Source of the DNA: Shigella phage ESh31
Strand: one strand, 5' to 3'
DNA: 64,000 nt
Sequence record: ON528741
Below are positions 48,250 through 58,320 of the stretch, piece by piece. The translations under genes were made by a program, and so were the position numbers. Positions within the stretch are counted from its first letter, which is position 1, and every line of letters begins with the position of its first letter. The notes beneath the pieces were generated by a model. It saw only the letters and a program-made list of their open reading frames with translations, ran no database searches and was not told the origin of the DNA.

Positions 48250-48328
48250 AAAACTATATACATCAGTAGTTGATTATGGTACTATATCAATATCAACTAC
48301 TGATACAGAAAATAACTTGGAGAATAAA
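48250..48328 (+). promoter_or_regulatory. promoter/leader cassette with hairpin flanking the -10
   Basis: CAGTAGTTGAT (48264-48274) and ATCAACTACTG (48292-48302) are exact reverse complements around TATGGTACTATATCAAT; GGAG RBS follows. Confidence 0.45.
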
Positions 48329-48598
48329 ATGGAAAACTTAATTATCATCGAGCAATCTTTTAATGATTATGGTATGGCTTACGGTTATCGTGCGATAATG
48401 GAAGATTCTCGTGGATGTGTTATCGATATTGCTGAATGTAAAGATTTACTGCAGCTTTTGAAGATTGTTCGCAAAAATTGGGATTGTGAAAACATTAAAG
48501 CTCGTGTTGTAACGGAAGAAGAAACTGTTTTTCATGATGTAAAATTTGCCAAAGGTGCTGCTACTCTTCTGAAACGCATCGCTCCACTGTTCAATTAA
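48329..48598 (+). CDS. hypothetical protein (89 aa)
   Basis: Start at the internal Met after GGAGAATAAA. Confidence 0.4.
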   Translation: MENLIIIEQSFNDYGMAYGYRAIMEDSRGCVIDIAECKDLLQLLKIVRKNWDCENIKARVVTEEETVFHDVKFAKGAATLLKRIAPLFN

Positions 48599-48611
48599 TG
48601 AGGAAATTGTA

Positions 48612-48827
48612 ATGAAACGTAAAATTGTTCAGAATTGCACTAATGACGAATTTGAAGATGTATTATTCGATCCAGATTTGGTAGTAGTTCAAAAGGAACA
48701 CACTGCTAAGTTTACTCACTTGACTTCGGTTTATGTGTATGAAAAGGTTGGTGATAAACAACCGATTTATGGTGTATTCCGTGAAATCACTGAAGACGGT
48801 ACAACTTACTGGAAGGAAATTTATTAA
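48612..48827 (+). CDS. cef: Cef-like protein (71 aa)
   Basis: Length and position between dexA and gene 39 match T4 cef; GAGG RBS. Confidence 0.4.
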   Translation: MKRKIVQNCTNDEFEDVLFDPDLVVVQKEHTAKFTHLTSVYVYEKVGDKQPIYGVFREITEDGTTYWKEIY

Positions 48828-49246
48828 TGGCTATTAGATTTGAAGTTAATAAATGGTATCAATTTAAAAATAAACAAGCTCAAGAAAATTTTATTAAAGA
48901 CCATACTGATAACGGAATCTATGCGCGCCGTTTAGGTATGGAACCTTTTAAAATTTTAGATGCTGATTATCTTGGGCGTCCTACTAAAATTATGTCATCT
49001 ACTGGCACAATTGGATATGCAAAACATGGTGATATCCTTGATGAAAACTTTATCTGGCTTTCTACTAACGAAGCTGAGTTCTTCGATGAAGTTGAAAATC
49101 CATATCAGGCATCTGAAGAGCAAGAGCAGGAAGAGCAAGAACAAATAGAAGATTTCACAGAATTTCCTGTCATGAAAGTTACTATTGAAAATAATGAACA
49201 GGCATGGTCCTTGTATCAGATGTTGAAAGCACACTTTAAGGAATAA
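48827..49246 (+). CDS. hypothetical protein with acidic EQEQEEQEQ tract
   Basis: 139 aa; possibly the goF-position gene. Confidence 0.35.
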   Translation: MAIRFEVNKWYQFKNKQAQENFIKDHTDNGIYARRLGMEPFKILDADYLGRPTKIMSSTGTIGYAKHGDILDENFIWLSTNEAEFFDEVENPYQASEEQEQEEQEQIEDFTEFPVMKVTIENNEQAWSLYQMLKAHFKE

Positions 49247-49248
49247 TT

Positions 49249-49425
49249 ATGCCAATGTATGATTATAAATGCCAATCCGAAGATTGCGGGCATGAATATG
49301 AAAAAATTAAAAAGATTTCTGAACGAGAAAATGATGTTTGCCCTAAATGTCATCGTTTGTCTACTCGTCGGCCTTCTGCTCCTAAGCATGTGAATGGTGG
49401 ATTTTACGACTTACTTAAAGGGTAA
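49249..49425 (+). CDS. FmdB-like zinc-ribbon small protein (58 aa)
   Basis: MPMYDYKCQSEDCGHEYE...CPKCH: CxxxxC...CxxC arrangement typical of FmdB-family zinc ribbons; below the track cutoff. Confidence 0.4.
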   Translation: MPMYDYKCQSEDCGHEYEKIKKISERENDVCPKCHRLSTRRPSAPKHVNGGFYDLLKG

Positions 49426-49427
49426 TT

Positions 49428-49799
49428 ATGTTTAAAATCGGTAAGAAATATCGTGTTCGCGAAGGTGAAGAAAAGAAATATCTATTTTCTGCTATTCATA
49501 GGAACGGTTCTATTAATGCAGTAATATCTACAAGCGAATTTATCGTTGAAGATATGAAAGGTCATAATGTTACAATGATTAGTACAGCATCTGGAAATGA
49601 TGGAAAAATTCTTCACAGCTTTCAGAGTAATGTTCTAATTTATGATGAAGAATTTGACTTCTTCGAAGAAGTTACAGAAGATTTTGATTTTGGATGCACC
49701 ATCACTATGAAATCTGGTGACCCTCTTTCTTTTACAGTTAAAGATGAAAGAAGTCGCTTGAGAATTATTAGTCTTCTTCAAGCCATTAAATTTGAGTGA
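49428..49799 (+). CDS. hypothetical protein (123 aa)
   Basis: ORF upstream of gene 39. Confidence 0.4.
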   Translation: MFKIGKKYRVREGEEKKYLFSAIHRNGSINAVISTSEFIVEDMKGHNVTMISTASGNDGKILHSFQSNVLIYDEEFDFFEEVTEDFDFGCTITMKSGDPLSFTVKDERSRLRIISLLQAIKFE

Positions 49800-49803
49800 A
49801 ATT

Positions 49804-50064
49804 ATGAAATATGTTAATCGTTCTATCGCAGCATTAGTATTAGCAGTATCTTTAGTAGGATGTACTGATGCTGATAATGCAACCAAAGTTTTATCTTCAA
49901 GTGGTTTTACTAATATTGAAATCACTGGATATAATTGGTTTGGTTGTTCTGAAAATGATTTCCAACATACTGGATTTCGTGCTGTTGGACCTACCGGGCA
50001 GAAAGTAGAAGGAACAGTATGTTCTGGGCTGTTCTTTAAGGATTCAACTATTCGTTTTAAATAA
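49804..50064 (+). CDS. predicted small lipoprotein
   Basis: Signal peptide with lipobox LVGC (MKYVNRSIAALVLAVSLVGCTD); followed by a UUCG terminator. Confidence 0.45.
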   Translation: MKYVNRSIAALVLAVSLVGCTDADNATKVLSSSGFTNIEITGYNWFGCSENDFQHTGFRAVGPTGQKVEGTVCSGLFFKDSTIRFK

Positions 50065-50065
50065 A

Positions 50066-50082
50066 AGGCCTTCGGGCCTTTA
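50066..50082 (+). terminator. UUCG tetraloop hairpin
   Basis: AAGGCCTTCGGGCCTT. Confidence 0.5.
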
Positions 50083-50130
50083 GCTTTATGATTACCGGAG
50101 TATAATATTCCCGAAACCAAACGAGGATAA

Positions 50131-51951
50131 GTGATGATTAAGAATGAAATTAAAATTCTGAGCGATATTGAACATATCAAAAAGCGTAGCGGCATGTACA
50201 TTGGCTCTTCAGCTAATGAAATGCATGAGCGCTTTCTGTTTGGTAAATGGGAAAGTGTTCAGTATGTACCTGGTCTTGTTAAGCTTATTGATGAAATTAT
50301 CGATAACTCAGTAGATGAAGGTATTCGTACTAAGTTTAAATTCGCAAATAAAATTAATGTTACTATTAAAAACAATCAAGTAACAGTTGAAGATAACGGT
50401 CGCGGTATTCCACAAGCGATGGTTAAAACACCTACCGGTGAAGAAATTCCTGGTCCTGTTGCCGCATGGACTATTCCAAAAGCAGGTGGTAACTTCGGTG
50501 ATGATAAAGAACGCGTCACTGGCGGTATGAACGGTGTTGGCTCTAGTTTAACTAACATTTTTTCTGTTATGTTTGTCGGTGAAACTGGCGACGGTCAAAA
50601 TAATATTGTAGTTCGTTGTTCAAACGGCATGGAAAATAAATCATGGGAAGATATTCCTGGAAAATGGAAAGGAACCCGTGTTACTTTCATTCCTGATTTT
50701 ATGTCATTTGAAACTAATGAGCTGTCCCAAGTTTATCTTGACATTACACTAGATCGTCTCCAGACACTTGCTGTTGTTTATCCTGATATTCAATTTACCT
50801 TTAATGGTAAAAAGGTTCAGGGCAATTTTAAGAAATACGCACGCCAATATGATGAACATGCTATCGTTCAAGAACAAGAAAATTGTTCTATTGCGGTTGG
50901 TCGTTCACCGGATGGTTTTCGTCAATTAACATACGTTAATAACATTCATACTAAGAATGGTGGCCATCACATTGACTGTGTTATGGATGATATTTGTGAA
51001 GACCTTATTCCACAAATCAAACGTAAGTTCAAAATTGATGTAACTAAAGCACGCGTTAAAGAATGTTTGACTATCGTTATGTTCGTTCGTGATATGAAAA
51101 ACATGCGATTTGATTCTCAGACTAAAGAGCGTTTGACTTCTCCATTTGGTGAAATTCGTAGTCATATTCAGCTTGATGCTAAAAAGATTTCACGCGCTAT
51201 TTTAAACAATGAAGCAATTCTGATGCCAATTATTGAAGCTGCCTTGGCTCGTAAATTGGCGGCAGAAAAAGCAGCAGAAACTAAAGCAGCTAAAAAGGCT
51301 TCTAAAGCTAAGGTTCATAAACACATTAAAGCGAATCTTTGTGGTAAAGATGCTGACACTACTCTTTTCTTGACTGAGGGTGATTCCGCTATCGGATATC
51401 TTATTGATGTTCGTGATAAAGAACTTCATGGTGGTTATCCATTACGTGGTAAAGTTCTCAACAGTTGGGGTATGTCATATGCTGATATGCTTAAAAATAA
51501 AGAACTGTTTGATATTTGCGCAATCACTGGATTAGTTCTTGGTGAAAAGGCTGAAAACTTAAATTATCATAATATTGCTATTATGACCGATGCTGACCAT
51601 GATGGTCTAGGAAGCATTTATCCTTCTCTGCTCGGATTTTTTAGTAATTGGCCAGAACTGTTTGAACAAGGAAGAATTCGCTTTGTCAAAACTCCTGTAA
51701 TCATCGCTCAGGTCGGTAAAAAACAAGAATGGTTTTATACAGTCGCTGAATATGAGAGTGCTAAAGATGCTCTACCTAAACATAGCATCCGTTATATTAA
51801 GGGACTTGGCTCTTTGGAAAAATCTGAATATCGTGAGATGATTCAAAACCCAGTATATGATGTTGTTAAACTTCCTGAGAACTGGAAAGAGCTTTTTGAA
51901 ATGCTCATGGGAGATAATGCTGACCTTCGTAAAGAATGGATGAGTCAGTAG
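50131..51951 (+). CDS. 39: DNA topoisomerase II large subunit, contiguous 39+60-type gene
   Basis: 606 aa uninterrupted; GHKL ATPase N-terminus and TOPRIM-like C-terminal part; no gene 60 split or insertion. Confidence 0.85.
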   Translation: MMIKNEIKILSDIEHIKKRSGMYIGSSANEMHERFLFGKWESVQYVPGLVKLIDEIIDNSVDEGIRTKFKFANKINVTIKNNQVTVEDNGRGIPQAMVKTPTGEEIPGPVAAWTIPKAGGNFGDDKERVTGGMNGVGSSLTNIFSVMFVGETGDGQNNIVVRCSNGMENKSWEDIPGKWKGTRVTFIPDFMSFETNELSQVYLDITLDRLQTLAVVYPDIQFTFNGKKVQGNFKKYARQYDEHAIVQEQENCSIAVGRSPDGFRQLTYVNNIHTKNGGHHIDCVMDDICEDLIPQIKRKFKIDVTKARVKECLTIVMFVRDMKNMRFDSQTKERLTSPFGEIRSHIQLDAKKISRAILNNEAILMPIIEAALARKLAAEKAAETKAAKKASKAKVHKHIKANLCGKDADTTLFLTEGDSAIGYLIDVRDKELHGGYPLRGKVLNSWGMSYADMLKNKELFDICAITGLVLGEKAENLNYHNIAIMTDADHDGLGSIYPSLLGFFSNWPELFEQGRIRFVKTPVIIAQVGKKQEWFYTVAEYESAKDALPKHSIRYIKGLGSLEKSEYREMIQNPVYDVVKLPENWKELFEMLMGDNADLRKEWMSQ

Positions 51952-51980
51952 TTTACTTTACCACAAGGATGTGGTATAAT
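51951..51980 (+). promoter_or_regulatory. early promoter with palindromic spacer
   Basis: GTTTAC...CCACAAGGATGTGGTATAAT, near-identical to the promoter at 5993. Confidence 0.5.
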
Positions 51981-52005
51981 TAATTGGGCAAATGAGGATA
52001 TTGAA

Positions 52006-52209
52006 ATGAAATCATATAAAGTAAATTTAGAACTTTTTGATAAAGCAGTTCATCGAGAATATAGAATCATTCAACGCTTTTTCGATATGGGAGAAGCCGA
52101 AGAGTTTAAAAACCGCTTTAAGGATATTAGAGATAAAATTCAATCCGACACCGCAACTAAAGATGAATTACTAGAAGTTGCTGAAGTTATTAAACGCAAT
52201 ATGAATTAA
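52006..52209 (+). CDS. hypothetical protein (67 aa, rIIA.1 position)
   Basis: GAGGA RBS; immediately upstream of rIIA. Confidence 0.45.
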   Translation: MKSYKVNLELFDKAVHREYRIIQRFFDMGEAEEFKNRFKDIRDKIQSDTATKDELLEVAEVIKRNMN

Positions 52210-52219
52210 TGAGGAAATT

Positions 52220-54397
52220 ATGATTATCACCACTGAAAAAGAAACAATTCTTGGCAATGGTTCTAAATCAAAGGCATTTAGCATCACAGCATCTCCTAAA
52301 GTATTCAAAATTCTGTCATCTGATTTGTATACAAACAAGATTCGCGCAGTAGTCCGTGAATTGATTACCAACATGATTGATGCTCATGCTCTCAATGGAA
52401 ATCCTGAAAAATTTATCATTCAAGTTCCAGGACGATTAGATCCGCGATTTGTTTGTCGAGATTTTGGTCCAGGTATGAGCGATTTTGATATTCAAGGTGA
52501 TGATAATTCTCCTGGGTTGTATAATTCATACTTCAGTTCATCTAAGGCTGAATCTAATGATTTCATTGGTGGATTTGGTTTAGGTTCTAAATCTCCGTTT
52601 AGTTATACTGATACGTTTAGTATTACTTCGTATCATAAAGGTGAAATTCGTGGTTATGTAGCTTACATGGATGGTGATGGCCCACAGATTAAACCTACAT
52701 TCGTAAAAGAAATGGGTCCAGATGATAAAACTGGTATTGAAATCGTAGTTCCAGTTGAAGAAAAAGACTTTAGAAACTTTGCTTATGAAGTTTCTTATAT
52801 CATGCGACCGTTCAAAGATTTGGCTATTATTAATGGTCTTGACCGCGAAATTGATTATTTTCCGGATTTTGATGATTATTACGGTGTAAATCCAGAAAGA
52901 TACTGGCCTGATCGTGGTGGATTATATGCTATCTATGGCGGTATTGTTTATCCTATCGATGGTGTTATTAGAGACCGTAACTGGCTAAGCATTCGCAATG
53001 AAGTGAATTACATTAAGTTTCCAATGGGTTCACTTGATATTGCTCCATCACGTGAAGCTCTTTCATTGGATGATCGTACTCGTAAAAATATTATTGAACG
53101 AGTTAAAGAGCTTAGTGAGAAAGCATTTAATGAAGATGTAAAACGATTTAAAGAATCTACATCTCCCCGTCACACATATCGTGAATTGATGAAGATGGGG
53201 TATTCTGCTCGAGATTATATGATTAGTAATTCAGTCAAATTCACGACTAAAAATCTGTCATATAAAAAGATGCAGAGCATGTTTGAACCTGACAGTAAGT
53301 TATGTAATGCAGGAGTTGTGTATGAAGTAAATCTTGACCCTCGACTGAAACGCATTAAGCAAAGTCATGAAACTTCAGCCGTTGCATCAAGTTATCGTCT
53401 GTTTGGTATTAATACAACAAAAATTAATATCGTTATTGATAATATTAAAAATCGTGTTAATATTGTCCGTGGATTAGCACATGCGCTAGATGATAGTGAA
53501 TTTAATAACACTTTAAATATTCATCACAATGAGCGTCTTCTGTTTATTAATCCGGAAGTAGAATCGCAGATTGATTTACTACCTGATATTATGGCAATGT
53601 TTGAAAGTGATGAAGTTAACATTCATTATTTGTCAGAAATTGAAGCTTTAGTTAAAAGCTATATTCCAAAGGTAGTTAAAAGTAAAGCTCCTCGTCCTAA
53701 AGCTGCTACAGCATTTAAGTTTGAAATTAAAGACGGGCGCTGGGAAAAAGAGGAACTGTTTACACTCACATCAGAAGCAGATGAAATTACTGGTTATGTA
53801 GCATACATGCATCGTTCTGATATTTTCTCTATGGATGGTACTACATCTCTTTGTCATCCATCTATGAATATTTTGATTCGTATGGCTAATCTTATTGGCA
53901 TTAATGAATTTTATGTTATTCGTCCGCTTTTACAGAAAAAGGTAAAAGAACTCGGTCAGTGCCAATGTATTTTTGAAGCTTTGCGTGATTTATATGTAGA
54001 TGCTTTTGATGATGTAGATTATGATAAGTATGTAGGTTATTCAAGTTCAGCTCAACGATATATTGATAAAATTATCAAGTATCCTGAGTTAGATTTTATG
54101 ATGAAGTACTTCAGTGTAGATGAAGTTTCTGAAGAATATACACGACTCGCTAATATGGTTAGTTCATTACAGGGTGTATATTTCAACGGTGGAAAAGATA
54201 CTATCGGTCATGATATCTGGACAGTAACTAATCTCTTTGATGAATTATCACGTAATGCTTCAAAAAATAGTGATAAAATGGTTGCTGAGTTTACCAAGAA
54301 ATTCCGTATTGTTTCCGACTTCATCGGTTATCGCAACTCTTTAAGCGATGATGAAGTTTCCCAAATCGCTAAAACTATGAAGGCCCTTGCGGCCTAA
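52220..54397 (+). CDS. rIIA: rIIA membrane-associated protein
   Basis: 725 aa; matches T4 rIIA by length and sequence recollection. Confidence 0.9.
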   Translation: MIITTEKETILGNGSKSKAFSITASPKVFKILSSDLYTNKIRAVVRELITNMIDAHALNGNPEKFIIQVPGRLDPRFVCRDFGPGMSDFDIQGDDNSPGLYNSYFSSSKAESNDFIGGFGLGSKSPFSYTDTFSITSYHKGEIRGYVAYMDGDGPQIKPTFVKEMGPDDKTGIEIVVPVEEKDFRNFAYEVSYIMRPFKDLAIINGLDREIDYFPDFDDYYGVNPERYWPDRGGLYAIYGGIVYPIDGVIRDRNWLSIRNEVNYIKFPMGSLDIAPSREALSLDDRTRKNIIERVKELSEKAFNEDVKRFKESTSPRHTYRELMKMGYSARDYMISNSVKFTTKNLSYKKMQSMFEPDSKLCNAGVVYEVNLDPRLKRIKQSHETSAVASSYRLFGINTTKINIVIDNIKNRVNIVRGLAHALDDSEFNNTLNIHHNERLLFINPEVESQIDLLPDIMAMFESDEVNIHYLSEIEALVKSYIPKVVKSKAPRPKAATAFKFEIKDGRWEKEELFTLTSEADEITGYVAYMHRSDIFSMDGTTSLCHPSMNILIRMANLIGINEFYVIRPLLQKKVKELGQCQCIFEALRDLYVDAFDDVDYDKYVGYSSSAQRYIDKIIKYPELDFMMKYFSVDEVSEEYTRLANMVSSLQGVYFNGGKDTIGHDIWTVTNLFDELSRNASKNSDKMVAEFTKKFRIVSDFIGYRNSLSDDEVSQIAKTMKALAA

Positions 54398-54408
54398 TAA
54401 GGAAAATT

Positions 54409-55347
54409 ATGTACAATATTAAATGCCTGACCAAAAACGAACAAGCTGAAATTGTTAAGCTGTATTCAAGTGGTAATTACACCCAACAGGAATTGGCTGA
54501 TTGGCAAGGTGTATCGGTTGACACAATTCGTCGTGTTTTGAAAAATGCTGAAGAAGCTAAACGCTCTAAAGTTACTATTAGCGGTGATATTACAATTAAA
54601 GTTAATAGCGATGCAGTTATTGCTCCAGTTGCTAAATCTGACATTATTTGGAATGCATCTAAAAAATTCATTTCAATTACTGTTGACGGTGTAACTTATA
54701 ACGCAACTCCTAATACTCATTCAAACTTCCAGGAAATTCTTAATCTGCTTGTAGCAGATAAGTTGGAAGAAGCGGCACAAAAAATTAATGTTCGTCGCGC
54801 TGTTGAAAAATATATTTCCGGCGATGTTCGAATTGAAGGCGGAAGCTTGTTCTATCAAAATATCGAATTACGGTCTGGTTTAGTTGATCGTATTCTCGAT
54901 TCGATGGAAAAAGGTGAAAACTTTGAATTTTATTTTCCGTTCTTGGAAAATTTGCTGGAAAACCCAAGCCAGAAAGCGGTATCTCGACTCTTTGATTTCT
55001 TGGTAGCAAACGATATTGAAATTACAGAAGATGGTTACTTCTATGCTTGGAAAGTAGTTCGTAGCAATTACTTTGACTGTCACTCAAATACCTTTGATAA
55101 CAGTCCTGGTAAAGTAGTTAAAATGCCACGTACTCGTGTAAATGACGATGATACACAAACTTGTTCTCGTGGTCTGCATGTGTGTTCTAAATCTTATATT
55201 CGTCACTTTGGCAGTTCAACCAGCCGAGTTGTAAAAGTTAAAGTACATCCGCGTGATGTAGTATCAATTCCGATTGATTACAACGATGCTAAAATGCGTA
55301 CCTGCCAATACGAAGTAGTTGAAGACGTTACTGAACAATTTAAATAA
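54409..55347 (+). CDS. rIIB: rIIB protein
   Basis: 312 aa; starts MYNIKCLTKNEQAEIVKLYSSGNYTQQELADW... Confidence 0.9.
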   Translation: MYNIKCLTKNEQAEIVKLYSSGNYTQQELADWQGVSVDTIRRVLKNAEEAKRSKVTISGDITIKVNSDAVIAPVAKSDIIWNASKKFISITVDGVTYNATPNTHSNFQEILNLLVADKLEEAAQKINVRRAVEKYISGDVRIEGGSLFYQNIELRSGLVDRILDSMEKGENFEFYFPFLENLLENPSQKAVSRLFDFLVANDIEITEDGYFYAWKVVRSNYFDCHSNTFDNSPGKVVKMPRTRVNDDDTQTCSRGLHVCSKSYIRHFGSSTSRVVKVKVHPRDVVSIPIDYNDAKMRTCQYEVVEDVTEQFK

Positions 55348-55362
55348 GGGCTTCGGCCCTTA
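55347..55362 (+). terminator. UUCG tetraloop hairpin
   Basis: AGGGCTTCGGCCCT directly after the rIIB stop. Confidence 0.5.
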
Positions 55363-55379
55363 TCATATTAAGGAAAATT

Positions 55380-55574
55380 ATGTTAGGTTATCAAGCACGA
55401 GTAAAAGAAGAATACGATCAATTAATGCTCAAAATTAATGCACTGAGCAAATTTTTAGAAAGCACAAAGTTTCTAACGGTTAGTGCAGTTGAGCAAGAAC
55501 TGCTGCTTTCACATTTCATCTCAATGAAATCTTATGCTGAGTGTCTAGAGAAAAGAATCGCACAATTCAAATAA
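55380..55574 (+). CDS. hypothetical protein (64 aa)
   Basis: ORF flanked by two UUCG hairpins. Confidence 0.4.
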   Translation: MLGYQARVKEEYDQLMLKINALSKFLESTKFLTVSAVEQELLLSHFISMKSYAECLEKRIAQFK

Positions 55575-55577
55575 AAT

Positions 55578-55600
55578 AAGGGCTTCGGCCCTTTTGTTTT
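55578..55600 (+). terminator. UUCG tetraloop terminator
   Basis: AAGGGCTTCGGCCCTT followed by TTGTTTT. Confidence 0.55.
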
Positions 55601-55636
55601 AAGAGAAATTATGATTCCGACATAAAGGAAAGTTTA

Positions 55637-56194
55637 ATGCAGAAAACGAATCCGGGTTTACAGAGACTATTTCAGATTCCGACATTTACCCTATCGAACA
55701 GTGACTTGACTAGTGAAATGAAGGTCAAAATTGCTGATACAGCAAGATACTCTTTAAAACAAAACCCGAACCAGGATAAAGCAGAAGTTATCGAAAGATG
55801 CCGTATCGCTGTGTACGCAGAGTTTTTTGTGGCAGATTGGCTAAGCGGATATGTCAATAAAGGCCAAGAAGATGTCGATGATCCGTACACATATGCATGG
55901 GATGTATTGGCGCATCCAAAATACTGCGGGCTTCGCGTAGAAGTTAAGACACATCAAACTGACTCGCGTTGGATTTCGGTAACAACAGGATGCAGCGGAG
56001 AGTATCCATATGGTTCTGGAATAAATCTAGGGCCCATTCTAAATCATCAAGTCGCTGACTGTATAATTATATTCAACACTAAAGAAATTCATCCAGGTGT
56101 CATCCAGTACACTCCGAAGTTCATCGGTGACAGAGAAGACCTTCGTAAAGTTGTAAGAAAAAGCAACTACAGCGGATGGTATCTTTCCATTTAA
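55637..56194 (+). CDS. denB: endonuclease IV DenB
   Basis: 185 aa; length and position next to rIIB match T4 denB. Confidence 0.75.
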   Translation: MQKTNPGLQRLFQIPTFTLSNSDLTSEMKVKIADTARYSLKQNPNQDKAEVIERCRIAVYAEFFVADWLSGYVNKGQEDVDDPYTYAWDVLAHPKYCGLRVEVKTHQTDSRWISVTTGCSGEYPYGSGINLGPILNHQVADCIIIFNTKEIHPGVIQYTPKFIGDREDLRKVVRKSNYSGWYLSI

Positions 56195-56209
56195 AAATTT
56201 CACAAAACA

Positions 56210-56276
56210 GTTTACATACCACAAGGACCGTGGTACTATACAACTATCAACTACTGATACGGATTTGGAGAATAAA
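56210..56276 (+). promoter_or_regulatory. early promoter/leader cassette (PeSL-like)
   Basis: GTTTACATACCACAAGGACCGTGGTACTATACAACTATCAACTACTGATACGGATTTGGAGAATAAAATG. Confidence 0.5.
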
Positions 56277-56540
56277 ATGAAATTTAAATTTTATTACGCT
56301 AAACATAAAATAACTGATGAGTTTGTGTCAGTTGAATATTCGAGCGATGATGAAGGCATGATTTATACTCGCTTAGGATTATCGCATTGGGAGTCTGATC
56401 AGCCTTATTTTTCAACTCCTGAAGAAATTACACGCTTAGTTAATGGTCATATGAATGACCACTGGAATGTAATTCTTTCAGATAGTCTTAAAGAGGCTAT
56501 TAATAGTAATGAAATGAAAATCGCTGAGATTGAACTATGA
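56277..56540 (+). CDS. hypothetical protein (87 aa)
   Basis: Start at the internal Met after the cassette RBS. Confidence 0.4.
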   Translation: MKFKFYYAKHKITDEFVSVEYSSDDEGMIYTRLGLSHWESDQPYFSTPEEITRLVNGHMNDHWNVILSDSLKEAINSNEMKIAEIEL

Positions 56541-56725
56541 GTTCATTATGGTGGTGTTTTGTTTGGTTAATTAGTATTCCAGTAATCTGTTTAACATTTA
56601 CTTTTGTGATGAGGTTATTATGAAAATTTTGAATTCTGTACTTATTGCTTGTGCGTGGTGGGTTGCACAGGTTTCAGCGGTAGTAGTTGGTATTCACATT
56701 TATTACGAATATTTTTAAAAAAGTT

Positions 56726-56783
56726 GTTTACAAGACTGTTCTTCCGTGGTATTATTACCCTATCAACTACGGAGGAACAGAAA
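56726..56783 (+). promoter_or_regulatory. early promoter/leader cassette (PeSL-like)
   Basis: GTTTACAAGACTGTTCTTCCGTGGTATTATTACCCTATCAACTACGGAGGAACAG. Confidence 0.5.
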
Positions 56784-56897
56784 ATGAAAAAGATTGTTAA
56801 AGCTATATGGAATGTAGTTATAATACTAGTAGTTTTGAGTATATTCCCAATCGTTTTAATGATTGATGTATTAAACGTTTACTTTGGATTTATGTGA
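56784..56897 (+). CDS. hypothetical small membrane protein (37 aa)
   Basis: MKKIVKAIWNVVIILVVLSIFPIVLMIDVLNVYFGFM directly after the promoter cassette. Confidence 0.3.
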   Translation: MKKIVKAIWNVVIILVVLSIFPIVLMIDVLNVYFGFM

Positions 56898-56904
56898 GGA
56901 AAAT

Positions 56905-57102
56905 ATGAAGCGTACACGCAGTGCTTTTACATTTATTGAATGGTTTTTCGATAATATTTTTCCGGCTTTATTCATTTTCATGCTGATTTTTGCCTTGGGT
57001 TCAGTTGTAGTTGGAATCTATTTGATGGCGGTAGTCGGAATGGATATTCATCAAAATGGTTTAAAATCTGTGGTTGAAACAATTTGGAATGGTGTAAAAT
57101 GA
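56905..57102 (+). CDS. hypothetical membrane protein (65 aa)
   Basis: GAGGAAAAT RBS; two hydrophobic segments. Confidence 0.35.
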   Translation: MKRTRSAFTFIEWFFDNIFPALFIFMLIFALGSVVVGIYLMAVVGMDIHQNGLKSVVETIWNGVK

Positions 57103-57217
57103 TGAATTTGCTGAGTGGTTGGTTTTATATTCTCATGTTTTACATTGGTGCAAATTTCCCATATTGGATGGGATGGTCAACAACTGCATTTGGATTTTAT
57201 ACTCCTTGAGGCGAATT

Positions 57218-57433
57218 ATGAAAAGTTTTAAAGATGTAAAAGTTGGTGAAATTTTCTGTTTAGATAATGGTGATCAGTTAATTCGTATTTCACCTCTTAA
57301 GAGCACTAGCGAGAAACCGACAGTTAATGCTACTTTAGCAAATAATAGTAATGAACGTTTCTGTATTGAAAATGATACTGAAACTTATACTGTAGAAGAG
57401 TTTTGGGAATTGAGCGTCGACTGCGACGATTAA
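57218..57433 (+). CDS. hypothetical protein (71 aa)
   Basis: Internal Met after GAGG RBS. Confidence 0.35.
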   Translation: MKSFKDVKVGEIFCLDNGDQLIRISPLKSTSEKPTVNATLANNSNERFCIENDTETYTVEEFWELSVDCDD

Positions 57434-57493
57434 TTTATCGGCCGTATGTATTCATGCGGCCTTGGAGTAGAAAATAATTTAGAGGAAATTAAA

Positions 57494-57937
57494 ATGAAAT
57501 ATATGGCTGTTACTGATCTGAACAACGCAGGCGCTACTGTTATTGGTACAATCAAGGGCGGTGAGTGGTTTTTGGGAACTCCGCATAAAGATATTTTATC
57601 TAAACCTGGATTTTACTTTTTAGTAAATGAATTCGATGGTTCATGCGTATCCGCACGATTTTATGTGGGTAATCAGCGTTCTAAGCAAGGATTCAGCGCA
57701 GTTCTAAGTCATATTCGTCAACGCCGGTCTCAACTTGCGCGTACTATTGCAAATAACAATGTTCCATACACAGTATTTTATCTGCCTGCTTCTAAGATGA
57801 AACCTCTGACGACGGGGTTTGGAAAAGGTCAGTTAGCTTTGGCGTTTACCCGTAATCATCATTCTGAGTATCAAACACTTGAAGAAATGAATCGTATGTT
57901 GGCTGATAACTTTAAATTTGTTTTGCAGGCATATTAA
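57494..57937 (+). CDS. ndd: nucleoid disruption protein Ndd
   Basis: 147 aa from the internal Met; matches T4 Ndd as I recall it ([43 protein letters not shown]...). Confidence 0.8.
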
Positions 57938-58017
57938 TGAGTAATTTCCACAACGAACACGTGATGCAGTTCTATCGTAATAATCTTAAAACTAAAGGCG
58001 TCTTCGGACGCCAGTGA
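57937..58017 (+). CDS. stp: Stp peptide (activator of the PrrC anticodon nuclease)
   Basis: 26-codon [29 protein letters not shown], matching T4 Stp; its 3' end contains a UUCG hairpin. Confidence 0.75.
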
Positions 58018-58024
58018 GGAAAAT

Positions 58025-58183
58025 ATGAATATTGCAAAATTATTAGGAGTTATTTCATTTATTTGTTGGATAGTAGCATGTGTTTTAACTATCTGTATTG
58101 ATGCCAGCAGCGTGTTTTCACAAGCTTTAGCTCAGGGTATGTGTGCATATTTAACATTTGTGTTGTTATCTACTAATGATTAA
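58025..58183 (+). CDS. ac: small membrane protein (52 aa), ac-like
   Basis: GAGGAAAAT RBS; hydrophobic; size and position between stp and gene 52 match T4 ac. Confidence 0.4.
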   Translation: MNIAKLLGVISFICWIVACVLTICIDASSVFSQALAQGMCAYLTFVLLSTND

Positions 58184-58319
58184 GAAAATCTTGGGCTACT
58201 CAGTAGCCCTTGCTACTTTATTGGTAGCACTATATTATGGAGTAATGTTCGGATTAATTCAAGTCGTGCTTTTCATTTCTGATGTTATTATGGCACTACA
58301 TTCACTAGTATGGTAAATT
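58176..58319 (+). CDS. hypothetical small membrane protein (47 aa)
   Basis: Overlaps the ac stop; hydrophobic; ends 1 nt before gene 52. Confidence 0.3.
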
Positions 58320-58320
58320 T

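Noticed and set aside
57997-58012. GGCGTC-TTCG-GACGCC hairpin as a separate terminator
   Set aside because: It lies inside the stp coding sequence with no T-run; it may stabilise the transcript but is not annotated as an independent terminator.
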